A stretch of DNA of 64,000 bases from Acidobacteriota bacterium (GTDB lineage Bacteria > Acidobacteriota > UBA890 > WLXD01). Under the pieces are notes generated by a model. That model did not search any database, was not told the DNA's origin, and worked only from the letters and a program-made list of their open reading frames with translations. Positions 52,757 through 62,572 of the stretch are shown one piece after another. Position 1 is the first letter of the stretch; each line of letters begins with the position of its first letter. The translations under genes and the position numbers were made by a program. Location of the stretch: positions 672,001 to 736,000 of the forward strand of contig CAXWPL010000002.1 in NCBI GenBank assembly GCA_963666215.2, given 5' to 3'.

Positions 52757-55225
52757 CTACTGAATGTAGCCCAGAGCTCGCAGCTGCTCGAGGATCTCCG
52801 GAGAGAGCTCCTCTTCGGTACCCTGAGCACTTTCGGCGCGAAGAATCGCCACGTTCTGAGCCCGCTGAAGTTGTAGCTGTTGCAACAGAAAGCGCGCTCG
52901 CAACGGCTCAGCGGCGGCGAGATTCTGCAGCTCTCCAGGATCGTCAGAGACGTTGTAGAGCTCAGTGGCGCTGGTCGGCTCGTCGTGGATGACCTTCCAA
53001 TCCCCGGCACGTAGGGCGCCCAGCGGCCGCGGATCACGGTCGTGCGGCGCCACGCCGCGGCTGCGGAAATAGAGCGACCGGCGAGGCTCCGCCGAGTCGA
53101 ACGCGAGCGGCACCAGGTCGAGGCCCTGGAATCGAGCCTCAGCCTCGTCAACGCCAAACAGCGAGGCCACCGTCGGGGCCACATCGATGAGACTGGTTGG
53201 CACTTCGACGCGTGAAGCGAATCCGGACAGCCCGCCGGGCCACTTGATCACCAGGGGGACGCGGAGCACCTCGTCGTAGAGGATGCGTGTGTGCAGGAAG
53301 TAGCCATGTTCGAGGAAGGCCTCGCCGTGATCCGAGAGAACGATGATCATCGAGCTGTCGTAGCGCCCCTCTTCCTTGAGCGTCGACACGAGGTTCCCCA
53401 CAAGCTCGTCGGCGTAGGCAACATTCTCGTCGTACTTGTCGCGAATGAAGCGTCGATGATCAGCGTCGATCTCCTCCGCTTGCTGCAGCCGCGGGAAACC
53501 GTTCAGAAACGATGCTCCGTAGGGCTCGACGCGATCGAACCAACTGCTGTAGACACCCGCGTGGGGCGGCGGCGGGTCGTAGGGACCATGGGGCGGCAGC
53601 ATGTGAATCACCGCGAACGTCGGAGCGGCCTCGATGAACAGCTCGTCGGCCGCAGGCATGACCCCGGGCTCCTCGCGCGGCGCATCGTGAATCTCGTCGA
53701 AGCCTCTCCTCAGGGTCGCGTTGCCACGATAGATGGTGTGCTGACTCCAAACGAGTGTCTGGTACCCGAGGCGTCCCACCAGCTCCTGCAGTGTGGGTAT
53801 CGACTCGGGCAGCTGGGTGCCCCAGGTCTGCACGCCGTGAGCGCCCGGATAGCGTCCGGTCAACAGCGAGGGCACCGACTGTCCCGTCCAGGGAGCCGCC
53901 GCGAACGTCTCCGCGAAAACGGTGCCGTCCGCGGCGAGCGCGGCGATGTGCGGAGTCGAACGCTCCGCGCCGTACGGGGAAAAGGCGTCGGCTCGGGCGG
54001 CATCGAGCAGCACGATAAACAGGTCAGGCGACGCGCCACCGACTCGGCCCGGCGAGCTGGCAAGCGACGCTGCATCCGAATCCCGAGGTAGCGCCTGAAG
54101 TCGACCGGCTCCGAGCGCTGCGAGCGGAATCTGAGCGGTCGGAGCGACCACTCGAGGATCTACCCAGCGAACGCTGTCAGAGGTCTCGGCGCCGTCGGCC
54201 GCCCCCCTGCGTTCGGAGCCATCTGTGCGCAACCGCAGCGACACGATCCGGCCAGCCCACGCGCCCAGATCGGCATCGATCGTGCCGGCGGATGCGGCGC
54301 CACAGGATGCCACCTCGGTTGACTCGGAGACGCCTCCATCGACATCGCCGCCCGATGCTTGGCCGTCGGCTCCTGGCGACGTGGCGACCACCTCCACGAC
54401 TCCCACCAGGCCAGCAGCGGAAGCTCCGCAGCCCGCTTGAAAGCGACCACCGGTAGGAACGTCGATCAGCAGCTCGAAGAGACTTTGCCTCGGCATTTCC
54501 AGCACCGGTGCCGCTGGGGACGACCCATCATTCACGCCCGCCACAACGCGGATCTGTGGCACCGATGACGGGGCGTCGCCGCGGTCTGAAGGCTCGCCGA
54601 TCCGCAGCGAGCGGAACCGTGCGGCCAGCTCGCGGTTGTCGTCGTTGCCGGGGAACACAACCGAAGGTCGATGCGCGTAGTCGAAGTCGATACCGAGTCG
54701 ATTGACGCCTATCCGCAACGACTCCGCGGGCAACGAGATCTCGTATGCTCGCCAGCGTTTCTCGAGCGTCAGTGTCGATATCGGCTCCTCGTTGAGCGTC
54801 AGCTCCACCACCTGGTCGCGGGTGCGCGGACCAAAGAAGGGCCGCACCTCGAATGTCAGCACCGCGCGCGATCCGCCGACCCAGAGAAATTCCACCTCGG
54901 AGCGCTCGCCGGTCGCCCAGTGCCCCTCGGCTCCGGCGATGGAGGGTTCCTCCCAACCCGTAACCAGCGGACCTCCCGCCCCCTGCTCGGGGTCGGCCGG
55001 AATAATCTGTGGGTTCGCGACCCAACCGGGTGACACGGCCACGTAGTCCACAAGCCGGTAGGCCACCGCGTCGCTGGTGGCGTCGGCACAGCCACCGAGC
55101 ACCGACAGCGCGAGCGCCGCGATAACGACAAGCCTGCAGTCGGTCTCACACACGGCGGCGTCTGGGCGACGCCGCCGTGCCGCTCGATGGCTGCGGAAGA
55201 GGCGATAGCAGTGACGCACAGGCAT
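52757..55225 (-). CDS. Lipoprotein sulfatase-like hydrolase/transferase (start uncertain)
   Basis: LLDAARAD, APWTGQSVPSLLTG, SDHGE, ELYN..DDPGE and LRALGYIQ. Confidence 0.85.
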   Translation of the reverse strand: MPVRHCYRLFRSHRAARRRRPDAAVCETDCRLVVIAALALSVLGGCADATSDAVAYRLVDYVAVSPGWVANPQIIPADPEQGAGGPLVTGWEEPSIAGAEGHWATGERSEVEFLWVGGSRAVLTFEVRPFFGPRTRDQVVELTLNEEPISTLTLEKRWRAYEISLPAESLRIGVNRLGIDFDYAHRPSVVFPGNDDNRELAARFRSLRIGEPSDRGDAPSSVPQIRVVAGVNDGSSPAAPVLEMPRQSLFELLIDVPTGGRFQAGCGASAAGLVGVVEVVATSPGADGQASGGDVDGGVSESTEVASCGAASAGTIDADLGAWAGRIVSLRLRTDGSERRGAADGAETSDSVRWVDPRVVAPTAQIPLAALGAGRLQALPRDSDAASLASSPGRVGGASPDLFIVLLDAARADAFSPYGAERSTPHIAALAADGTVFAETFAAAPWTGQSVPSLLTGRYPGAHGVQTWGTQLPESIPTLQELVGRLGYQTLVWSQHTIYRGNATLRRGFDEIHDAPREEPGVMPAADELFIEAAPTFAVIHMLPPHGPYDPPPPHAGVYSSWFDRVEPYGASFLNGFPRLQQAEEIDADHRRFIRDKYDENVAYADELVGNLVSTLKEEGRYDSSMIIVLSDHGEAFLEHGYFLHTRILYDEVLRVPLVIKWPGGLSGFASRVEVPTSLIDVAPTVASLFGVDEAEARFQGLDLVPLAFDSAEPRRSLYFRSRGVAPHDRDPRPLGALRAGDWKVIHDEPTSATELYNVSDDPGELQNLAAAEPLRARFLLQQLQLQRAQNVAILRAESAQGTEEELSPEILEQLRALGYIQ

Positions 55226-55499
55226 CCGATCCGACCAGATGGGGCGGAAGTAAGAGGGGGTTGCGGTTGACAAACACGCGAGCGGTCGGCGAGAGACGCT
55301 GTCCAGTGCGGCAGTATAGCGGCAGTCAAGCGTGATTTTCATGCGCCCGCCGCGACAAGCACGGCCCTGCCTGGACGCTAGTGGCGGCACCGCCCATAAT
55401 TTCCGCGGCCAACAGCGGCCAGGAGCGGACGCACCCCACAAACTGTGCCTTTCGCTTCGATAACGTAGAGCGTCGGCCCCTCAACACCTCGCGAGCGAC

Positions 55500-55976
55500 A
55501 TGCATCAGAGCACACCGTCACGTCTCACGCTTCTCGTCCCCGGCGCGGTCTGTCTTGCCGTAGCCACAGCGGTCGGTATCCAGCTGGGCTGGAGTCAGCG
55601 CGAAGACGCGTACTGGACACCCGCTGAAGAGGCGACCAGCCTCGACGAGGCCCGCGATCGAGTGGAGCTGCTCGTCGAGGGCATTCCCGTCCGCGAACGT
55701 GCGGCCGATGGCCAGTTGACGCTCGACACCGGCGCCGGGTCGCGCGTGCTCGCTCCGAGTGACATCCGGGTCCGCTTCAACAACGCCGCGGGCGTTACGC
55801 GTGGTCAAACCATCCTCTTCGCCGTGAGCCTTACAGCGGGCATCGTGCTGCTGGTTGTCGCCGCTCTGCTACCGGCGGGCGGCGCGCGTATCGCCGCAAC
55901 GCGGCATCCATCACGGAACGCCGAGACGCAGGGCGGAGAGCCCGCGCCGGCGACACCCCAGGAGCCTGGCCGATGA
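55500..55976 (+). CDS. Hypothetical membrane protein
   Basis: Two TM segments; ATGA overlap with the next gene. Confidence 0.55.
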   Translation: MHQSTPSRLTLLVPGAVCLAVATAVGIQLGWSQREDAYWTPAEEATSLDEARDRVELLVEGIPVRERAADGQLTLDTGAGSRVLAPSDIRVRFNNAAGVTRGQTILFAVSLTAGIVLLVVAALLPAGGARIAATRHPSRNAETQGGEPAPATPQEPGR

Positions 55977-56701
55977 GTAGCTGGGGCCGCTCGCTGCCGG
56001 CGGTGGCGCTGGCCACGCTGCTTGTGGTGCTGCTGCTGATCTGCGCCAGCCAGCGGTCAGCCGCGATCGAGCAGGACCTCATGCTGCGTGCGCAGCGCAC
56101 GCTCGATGCCGAGAACATCCCCTACTACGACCTCGACTTCGACGGCCGCGACGCGATCCTCGGAGGCGGCGCCCCTTCACGCGATGCCGCCGACCGTATC
56201 GTCGAGTTGGTGGCCGCCGTCCCGGGAGTACGCCAGGTTCGCGATCTCCTGTCGGTGCCAACCGCGGCCTCGCGCGGAGCGGATCACGCGACCGCTGCGC
56301 TCGAGCCACCGGTCCTGCGACTCAGCCGCGGCGGCCGACGCGTGACGGTGAGCGCCCGCCTCCCGGAGACCGTCCGGAGCGAGTGGACACGGGCAGCGGA
56401 GTCTCAGGGGCTCGACGCCGGCGGCAGTGGCGGCTGGGTGTTTTCGGACGATGTTGCCGATCTCACCTGGACCCGCGACGCGTCGACCTTGGGCGCGCTC
56501 CTCGATCTACTCGACGAGCTCGACGACAACGCACGCTTGGTGGTGCGCGGCACCAGCGCCTCGCTCTGGGGCCAAGTTCCCGACGACGACGACGCCCGAG
56601 CGATCCGCGACAGGTCGCTCGGCGCGTTCGGAGACCTTTCGTGGACCTTCCAACTTTTCCTGCGCGGCGGGATGCCAGCCTCCGCGCGCGGGGGTAACTG
56701 A
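55973..56701 (+). CDS. Membrane-anchored BON-domain protein (ArfA-N-like)
   Basis: TM helix; FDGRDAILGG...VAAVPGVRQVRDLL. Confidence 0.7.
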   Translation: MSSWGRSLPAVALATLLVVLLLICASQRSAAIEQDLMLRAQRTLDAENIPYYDLDFDGRDAILGGGAPSRDAADRIVELVAAVPGVRQVRDLLSVPTAASRGADHATAALEPPVLRLSRGGRRVTVSARLPETVRSEWTRAAESQGLDAGGSGGWVFSDDVADLTWTRDASTLGALLDLLDELDDNARLVVRGTSASLWGQVPDDDDARAIRDRSLGAFGDLSWTFQLFLRGGMPASARGGN

Positions 56702-56705
56702 ACCC

Positions 56706-58115
56706 ATGCTGTACTTATTTGGCCAGATTCTCTTTTGTCTCCTCGCCGCCGTTGCTGGGGGCTGCCTTCTTGGCTGGCTTGTTCGTGGATATCACGAGCG
56801 TGAGATCACCGAGGATCTTCGCCACACCTTGAAAGCAACCGAGGACGTCAAGGACCGCGAGCTCGAGGAGGCGCTGCGCAACGCAGAGGCTCACAACGCC
56901 CGCGCCGAGGCCCTCGAACGCCAGCTCGAGGAAGCTCGCGATCAGCTCGAGGCCCTGGAGGGCGTCCCACCAGCTACGACCCTCATTTCGATGCCCCAGC
57001 CGGGCGACGAGTCGGCTGCTGCAAGTACCATCGCCGTCGATGAAACGGTGATGGTGGGCTCGCTGATGGCGACCGGATCCGATCCGATGCAGGACACGCT
57101 TGCCGACGTTCGTGAGGAGGCGCGGGAGAGGGCCACCGAGGCGCTGCGATTGCAATCAGAGCTCGGCAGCCTGCGCGGCCAGCTCGAGGAAAAGGCAGAG
57201 ACCATCGCAACCCTGGAAACTCGCCTGGTTGAGCTCGAGCCGCTCCAGGTCAAGCTGGCTGAACGCGAACAACGCCTGAGGGATTTGCAAGCGGCGCCAC
57301 GAGCGGCGGAAATACCGGATGACGTCGCCCAGCGACTGGCGCGCAGCGGCGAGGAAATCGACGCGCTGCGTGAGCAGGTCCACGCACGCGATACCGAGAA
57401 CAATCGCACCCGCTACGAGCTGCAGGAGGCGCAGAGCGCGCTCGAAGCTGGCCACGTGCGGGTGCAGGAGCTCGAAGCCTTGACCGCGACCCTACGTGAG
57501 GGGATCGAGAACGCCACCCTGCGAAACGAGAAGCAGGAGAACGTTCATCGCTCGGTGGTTTCAACCCTTCGCACTGAGGTGTCGACACTCGAAGCCCGTC
57601 TCGTCGAGCCCGCGGCCGAGGTCGCTGAGGCCGCGACGCTGGAGCGCCACTGGAAGGAGCTGATCCTCGAGCGCAATCGGGAGATCGCGGCCCTCAAGCA
57701 AGAGCTCGCCAGCGCTGCGGCCGCGTCGGTTGCCGTCAGTGAACCTGAGCCCGAGCCTGCCGGCCCGGCCCCGATGGCCGCGAAGGGCTCCGCACCGCGC
57801 GAGAGGAAGGCAGAGACGGCGGCCAAGCCGGCGCGGCCACGAGGCTCGCGTTCGAGATCCTCACGGCGTCGTGTTGCCGAACCGGACGACCTGCAGGAGA
57901 TCCATGGTGTCGGACCCGTTCTCGAAGCGGCGCTCAACGAGATTGGCGTGACCCGTTTCGAGCACGTGGCACGCTGGAAGCGCGACGACGTCGACCGGAT
58001 CTCGCAGCAAGTCGACCGTGCCGCCAGCCGCATACGCCGCGAGCGTTGGGTCATGTCCGCTCGCCGCTTGCATCGCGCCAAGTACGGCGTTGCGGTCGAC
58101 CTCAATGCCGACTGA
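56706..58115 (+). CDS. Membrane-anchored coiled-coil protein with C-terminal helix-hairpin-helix domain
   Basis: MLYLFGQILFCLL TM; long coiled coil; DDLQEIHGVGPVLEAALNEIGV...RIRRERWV. Confidence 0.75.
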   Translation: MLYLFGQILFCLLAAVAGGCLLGWLVRGYHEREITEDLRHTLKATEDVKDRELEEALRNAEAHNARAEALERQLEEARDQLEALEGVPPATTLISMPQPGDESAAASTIAVDETVMVGSLMATGSDPMQDTLADVREEARERATEALRLQSELGSLRGQLEEKAETIATLETRLVELEPLQVKLAEREQRLRDLQAAPRAAEIPDDVAQRLARSGEEIDALREQVHARDTENNRTRYELQEAQSALEAGHVRVQELEALTATLREGIENATLRNEKQENVHRSVVSTLRTEVSTLEARLVEPAAEVAEAATLERHWKELILERNREIAALKQELASAAAASVAVSEPEPEPAGPAPMAAKGSAPRERKAETAAKPARPRGSRSRSSRRRVAEPDDLQEIHGVGPVLEAALNEIGVTRFEHVARWKRDDVDRISQQVDRAASRIRRERWVMSARRLHRAKYGVAVDLNAD

Positions 58116-58165
58116 AGGCTCGGCGCTCGGCGCCTACCGCCGGCCGATGGAGTCGACAGGCCAGG

Positions 58166-59577
58166 CTACCTGAGCAACAAGAAGTACGCCACCAGCACAA
58201 CCGCCAGGCCGCGCATCAGCCACCCGACTTCGCTGCCGCGGCCACAGCAAAGTTTGACGATCGCGTAGCTCACGATGCCGAGCGCCAGGCCATCGGCAAT
58301 CGAATAGGTCAGCGGGATCCCCGCCAAGGTCAGGAACGCCGGAATCGACTCGCTGCGGTCCTCCCAGTCGATGCGCGACACCGACCGCATCATGAGGCCG
58401 CCAACAACGACAAGGGCGGGCGCGGTAAGCGGCGGGTAGCTGGCCACCATTCCCACCAGCGGCGCGAACAGCAAGGTCACCAAGAACAACGCCGCCACAA
58501 CGACCGCGACGAGGCCCGTGCGACCTCCCTCCTCGACGCCGGTGGCGCTCTCGACATAGCTGGTTACGGTGCTTGTGCCCAGGCAAGCTCCCGCGACGGT
58601 GCCGACAGCGTCCGAGCGCATGGCGCGCCGCCCACGGGCCAGCCTGCCGTCGCGAGTGAGGCCGCCACTCTCGGTGACCGCCACCAGCGTGCCCATGGTG
58701 TCGAACACGTCCATGAAAAGCACGAGGATGACCATCGGCACGAGAGCCGGCGAAAGAGCTGCCAGGACGTCCATGGCAAAGAAAGTAGGCGCCAATGAAG
58801 GCGGGGCAGCAACCATCGTCGCGGTTGGCGAAAAGCGGGTAAGCAACAGGGACGACGTCAGCGCTCCCCCCTCCACTGCCATGCCGGGAAGCAGCGGCAC
58901 GAGGGCTCGCAACGACAGTGCAAAGCCCAAGGCGCTGGCGATGCCGTAGAGCAGCGCGCCCCGCACAGCACGCGCCTGCAACACGGCGGTGACGAACAGG
59001 CCCACGAAGAAAACCGCCAGGTCGGGAGATGCAAGGCGATCTGTCAGCGCGACTATCGTCCCCGGGTCGCCGACAATCAGGCCCGCATTTCGAAGCCCGA
59101 TGAAGGCGATGAACAGGCCGATCCCGGCCGCCATGGCGCCTTCATCGACGGGCTCATCGCCTCCATCAGCAACTCTCGGACGCCGAGGAGCGAAATCAGC
59201 ACGAAGAGCACGCCTGCCACGAAGACCACCCCGAGAGCGGCGCGCCACGGCTCCGGATGCCCCACCGCCGAGGCCGCCGGCAGTATTGTCATCACGAAGA
59301 AGAAGTTCTGCCCCATTCCGGGGGCTTGCGCTATCGGATAGCGCGCGTACAGGCCCATGACAGCCGTCGCGAGAGCCGCCGACAGGCAGGTGGCCACCAT
59401 CACGGCGCCAAAATCCATGCCCGTTTCGATGCCGAGAACGCCGCCGCTGAGCACAGCCGGCTGCACGAAAACGATGTACGACATCGTCAAAAAGGTCGTC
59501 AGTCCGGCAACGACCTCGGTGCCTACATCGGTGCCGTGCTCAGCGAGCCGGAACCAGCGCTCTAGGGACTCTCGCAT
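58166..59577 (-). CDS. NCS2/AzgA-family purine permease; apparent frameshift near 59140
   Basis: GLTTFLTMSYI, APGMG, AGIGLFIAFIG, FDTMGT, YVESATG and IPLTYSIADG; one extra base joins the two parts. Confidence 0.88.
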
Positions 59578-59676
59578 CCACGCCTACCCCGGTCAGGGTC
59601 ATCAGATGGAGGCGATCATATCGGTCTGAGCGTCGACGATGCTCCGCTCTTCTGAAGGGCGGAGTGGCCTTTGTTG

Positions 59677-60321
59677 CTAGGGATGGCGTGTCGATACGAG
59701 CGAGAACTCGGCGCGGCGGTTTCGCGACCAGGCGTATTCGTTGTCGCCGAACTCGGCTGGGAGCTCCTCGCCGAACGACACCGTCTCGATGCGGTCCCAA
59801 TCGACGCCAAGCGACACGAGGAACTCTCGCGTAGCCTTGGCGCGCCGATCTCCCAGCGCCATGTTGTACTCACTCGTGCCGCGCTCGTCGCAGTGCCCCT
59901 CGATCATGACGCGGGCATCCGGATGATCACGCAGCCACGCGGCGTTGGATTCGAGAACTATGCGCTGATCGCGTTCGATCTCGGAAAGGTCGTAGTCGAA
60001 GTAGATCGGCTGCAGGACTCCGCTACGGTTGAAGTCTGCCGCGCTGTCAAGATCGAAGCCGTCGTCCGCGGGAAGCCAGTTTTCCGCCTCAGCGGCTCGG
60101 TCACCGAACCCCTCCGCGCGGTGGTCAACGGGTGGCGACATGCCGTCGCGATACTCCAGATTGTCCGGATCGACGTGGTAACCAACAACCGGAGCGGCGG
60201 CCGCCCCCGGTCGACCGTCTGGCCAGGTCCCGCGGACAAGCGACCGGCCCGGCGCACACGCGGCGACGGCGAGGATGGCTACGAGGACAGTGGTGAGCAG
60301 TGCGGTGGAGTTCCGATTCAT
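59677..60321 (-). CDS. pal: Peptidoglycan-associated lipoprotein (OmpA C-terminal domain)
   Basis: Lipobox VAAC; IYFDYD, EGHCDERGTSEYNMALGDRRA and NRRAEF. Confidence 0.85.
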   Translation of the reverse strand: MNRNSTALLTTVLVAILAVAACAPGRSLVRGTWPDGRPGAAAAPVVGYHVDPDNLEYRDGMSPPVDHRAEGFGDRAAEAENWLPADDGFDLDSAADFNRSGVLQPIYFDYDLSEIERDQRIVLESNAAWLRDHPDARVMIEGHCDERGTSEYNMALGDRRAKATREFLVSLGVDWDRIETVSFGEELPAEFGDNEYAWSRNRRAEFSLVSTRHP

Positions 60322-60721
60322 CAGTTCCGACTTTCCCAAGATTTCCCGTGCTTCCCGACCTTTGCGAAGATCCGAGATCTCGGGCTCCGTGGCGTCGGGA
60401 CGGGTTCGCGACTGGATGGCGGGGGTCTCCCGGCAGATTCGTAGGAGTATCGTGCCGTCGCCACACGGCAAGTTCTATAGCGATCGACCCCAACGCTCGC
60501 AACCATCCGGCCAGGAGCGGTTATCAGCGGAACCCGCCAGGCCAGAGGGCCAGCGGACGGCCCCGGGCGACCGACTGAGGCCGGCAGGCACGGTCTTGAT
60601 TGGCGCCGGCCGGGCATCGCTGCTCGCTCGGCTCCTCGCAACGACTGCACGGCTTGATTCCCGCCGGCCGATGGAACATACCTACCGACGCGCACTCACC
60701 CACTCGCAGGCGGAGGCAACC

Positions 60722-61198
60722 ATGACCGAGGGAGAGCAAGAGATACCGAGCGGCGACGCGACAGCGACGAAGAAGGCCGACCTCGGACGACGAGCGGTCG
60801 CAGTTATCATCGACGGCCTGCTGGCGGGAGTCGTTTCGATCCTTCTGGTGGGAGTCGGCGGCCTGATCGCTCTTGCCTACATGCTGTTGCGCGACGGCTT
60901 CGACTTCGAGTTCATGCGCTTCCGGTCACTCGGCAAAGCGGTGATGAAGCTGCACGTCGAGAGCACGGTTGGCGCCCCGCTCGATCTGCTGACATCGGTG
61001 AAGCGCAACTGGGTGTTCGCCGTAGGTTGGGTTGGCGCCATCTTCGCTCCCTTCCCGTTCCTCAACATTCTTCTGGTGCCGCTCTTCGGCTTCGCGGCGC
61101 TCGTGATCGGCGTCATCGAGCTCTTTCTCGTGATCAGCGACGCCGAGGGCCGGCGCTTTGGCGACAAGCTGGCCGGAACCATCGTTGCGGAGGACTAG
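60722..61198 (+). CDS. RDD-family membrane protein
   Basis: RRAVAVIIDG, SLGK and RRFGDKLAGT; GGAGG RBS. Confidence 0.85.
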   Translation: MTEGEQEIPSGDATATKKADLGRRAVAVIIDGLLAGVVSILLVGVGGLIALAYMLLRDGFDFEFMRFRSLGKAVMKLHVESTVGAPLDLLTSVKRNWVFAVGWVGAIFAPFPFLNILLVPLFGFAALVIGVIELFLVISDAEGRRFGDKLAGTIVAED

Positions 61199-61365
61199 CG
61201 AGTTTCCGCCGGAAATAGAGAAAACGGCGGAACCCCGGAAGCCCCCGCAGCGTCTTAGTTGTCAGGTAGCGCATCCCTGCCCGCGGTCGCTGATGCGTCA
61301 AACGCGACAAACGCGCTCAACCCGCGCCTTGGGCCCCGACAGACGCTGCACCGGAGACCTCACTC

Positions 61366-62064
61366 ATGGACCCCCAGAGCTCGCTGATTCACCTCGACGG
61401 CATAAGAAAGATCTTCTACGCGGAGGAGGTCGAGACTCATGCCCTCTCCGACGTCCAGCTAACGATCCAGCCTGGCGAGTTCGTGTCGATCGCCGGACCG
61501 TCGGGATCGGGCAAGACGACGCTGCTGTCGATTCTCGGCCTGCTCGATACCGCTTCAGACGGCGAGTACCACCTGAACGGCAACCCGGTGGCCAACCTCA
61601 CCGCCTCGGAGCGCGCCCGCGTGCGCAACCGTGAGATCGGCTTCATCGTCCAGAGCTTCAACCTCATCGGCGACCTCAACGTGTACGAGAACGTCGAGCT
61701 ACCGCTCACCTACCGCGGCATGTCCTCGTCGGAGCGCCGCGAGCGCGCCAACGCGGCTCTCGATCGCGTGGGCATGACGCATCGCGCCAAGCACATGCCG
61801 AGCCAGCTCTCCGGTGGTCAGCAGCAGCGCGTGGCGGTTGCGCGCGCCGTCTGTGGCGACCCGTCGATTCTTCTGGCGGACGAGCCCACGGGTAACCTCG
61901 ACTCGGGCAATGCCGGCGCCGTCATGGACCTCATGTCGGAGCTGCACCAGGGTGGCGCGACGATCTGCATGGTCACCCACGATCCGCGCTGGACCAACTA
62001 CGCCGACCGCACCGTCCATCTCTTCGACGGCATGGTGGTCGACGAGCAGGTCGCCGTAGTCTAG
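61366..62064 (+). CDS. ABC transporter ATP-binding protein (LolD/MacB-like)
   Basis: [26 protein letters not shown] and VTHD. Confidence 0.94.
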   Translation: MDPQSSLIHLDGIRKIFYAEEVETHALSDVQLTIQPGEFVSIAGPSGSGKTTLLSILGLLDTASDGEYHLNGNPVANLTASERARVRNREIGFIVQSFNLIGDLNVYENVELPLTYRGMSSSERRERANAALDRVGMTHRAKHMPSQLSGGQQQRVAVARAVCGDPSILLADEPTGNLDSGNAGAVMDLMSELHQGGATICMVTHDPRWTNYADRTVHLFDGMVVDEQVAVV

Positions 62065-62312
62065 CGACCTGGTGACGAGCTGATCGCCAGCTGACAACGA
62101 GCCGATCGTCAGTTCGCGACCAGCTGACCGACCTGATCGGCGCTCGACCCGCGCCGACAGACCGAAGCCGGTGCCCATCGCCGAGCTCCGCATGTGGGAA
62201 AATCCGCGCGGCTTCGAATGCCGCGCTCCCGCTGCACCCTCGGCTGGCCTCGCTTCTGATGTCGGCTCGCTCGCATGCGGCACCGCTGGCACGTCCGTGC
62301 AAGGGCCGCCCC

Positions 62313-62570
62313 GTGATCCAGCTCATCCGCAACTGCGACATCTATGCACCCGAACATGTTGGGCTGCGCGACCTGTTGGTGGCCAACGGTCGGGTGGAGG
62401 TGGTGACAACGGCCGAATCGCTCGACTCGCTGCCGGCAGCTGTGCGCGTGGTGGAGATCGACCTGGTGGGCCGCCGCCTGATTCCCGCGCTCATCGACGG
62501 CCACGTGCACATCACTGGCGGCGGTGGCGAGTCGGGCCCCGAGTCGCGGATCGCGCGGCCGAGCTCGTCG
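62313..62570 (+). pseudogene. iadA: N-terminal fragment of isoaspartyl dipeptidase
   Basis: LIRNCDIYAPEHVG..PALIDGHVHITGGGGESG; homology stops after about 85 codons. Confidence 0.82.
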
Positions 62571-62572
62571 GG

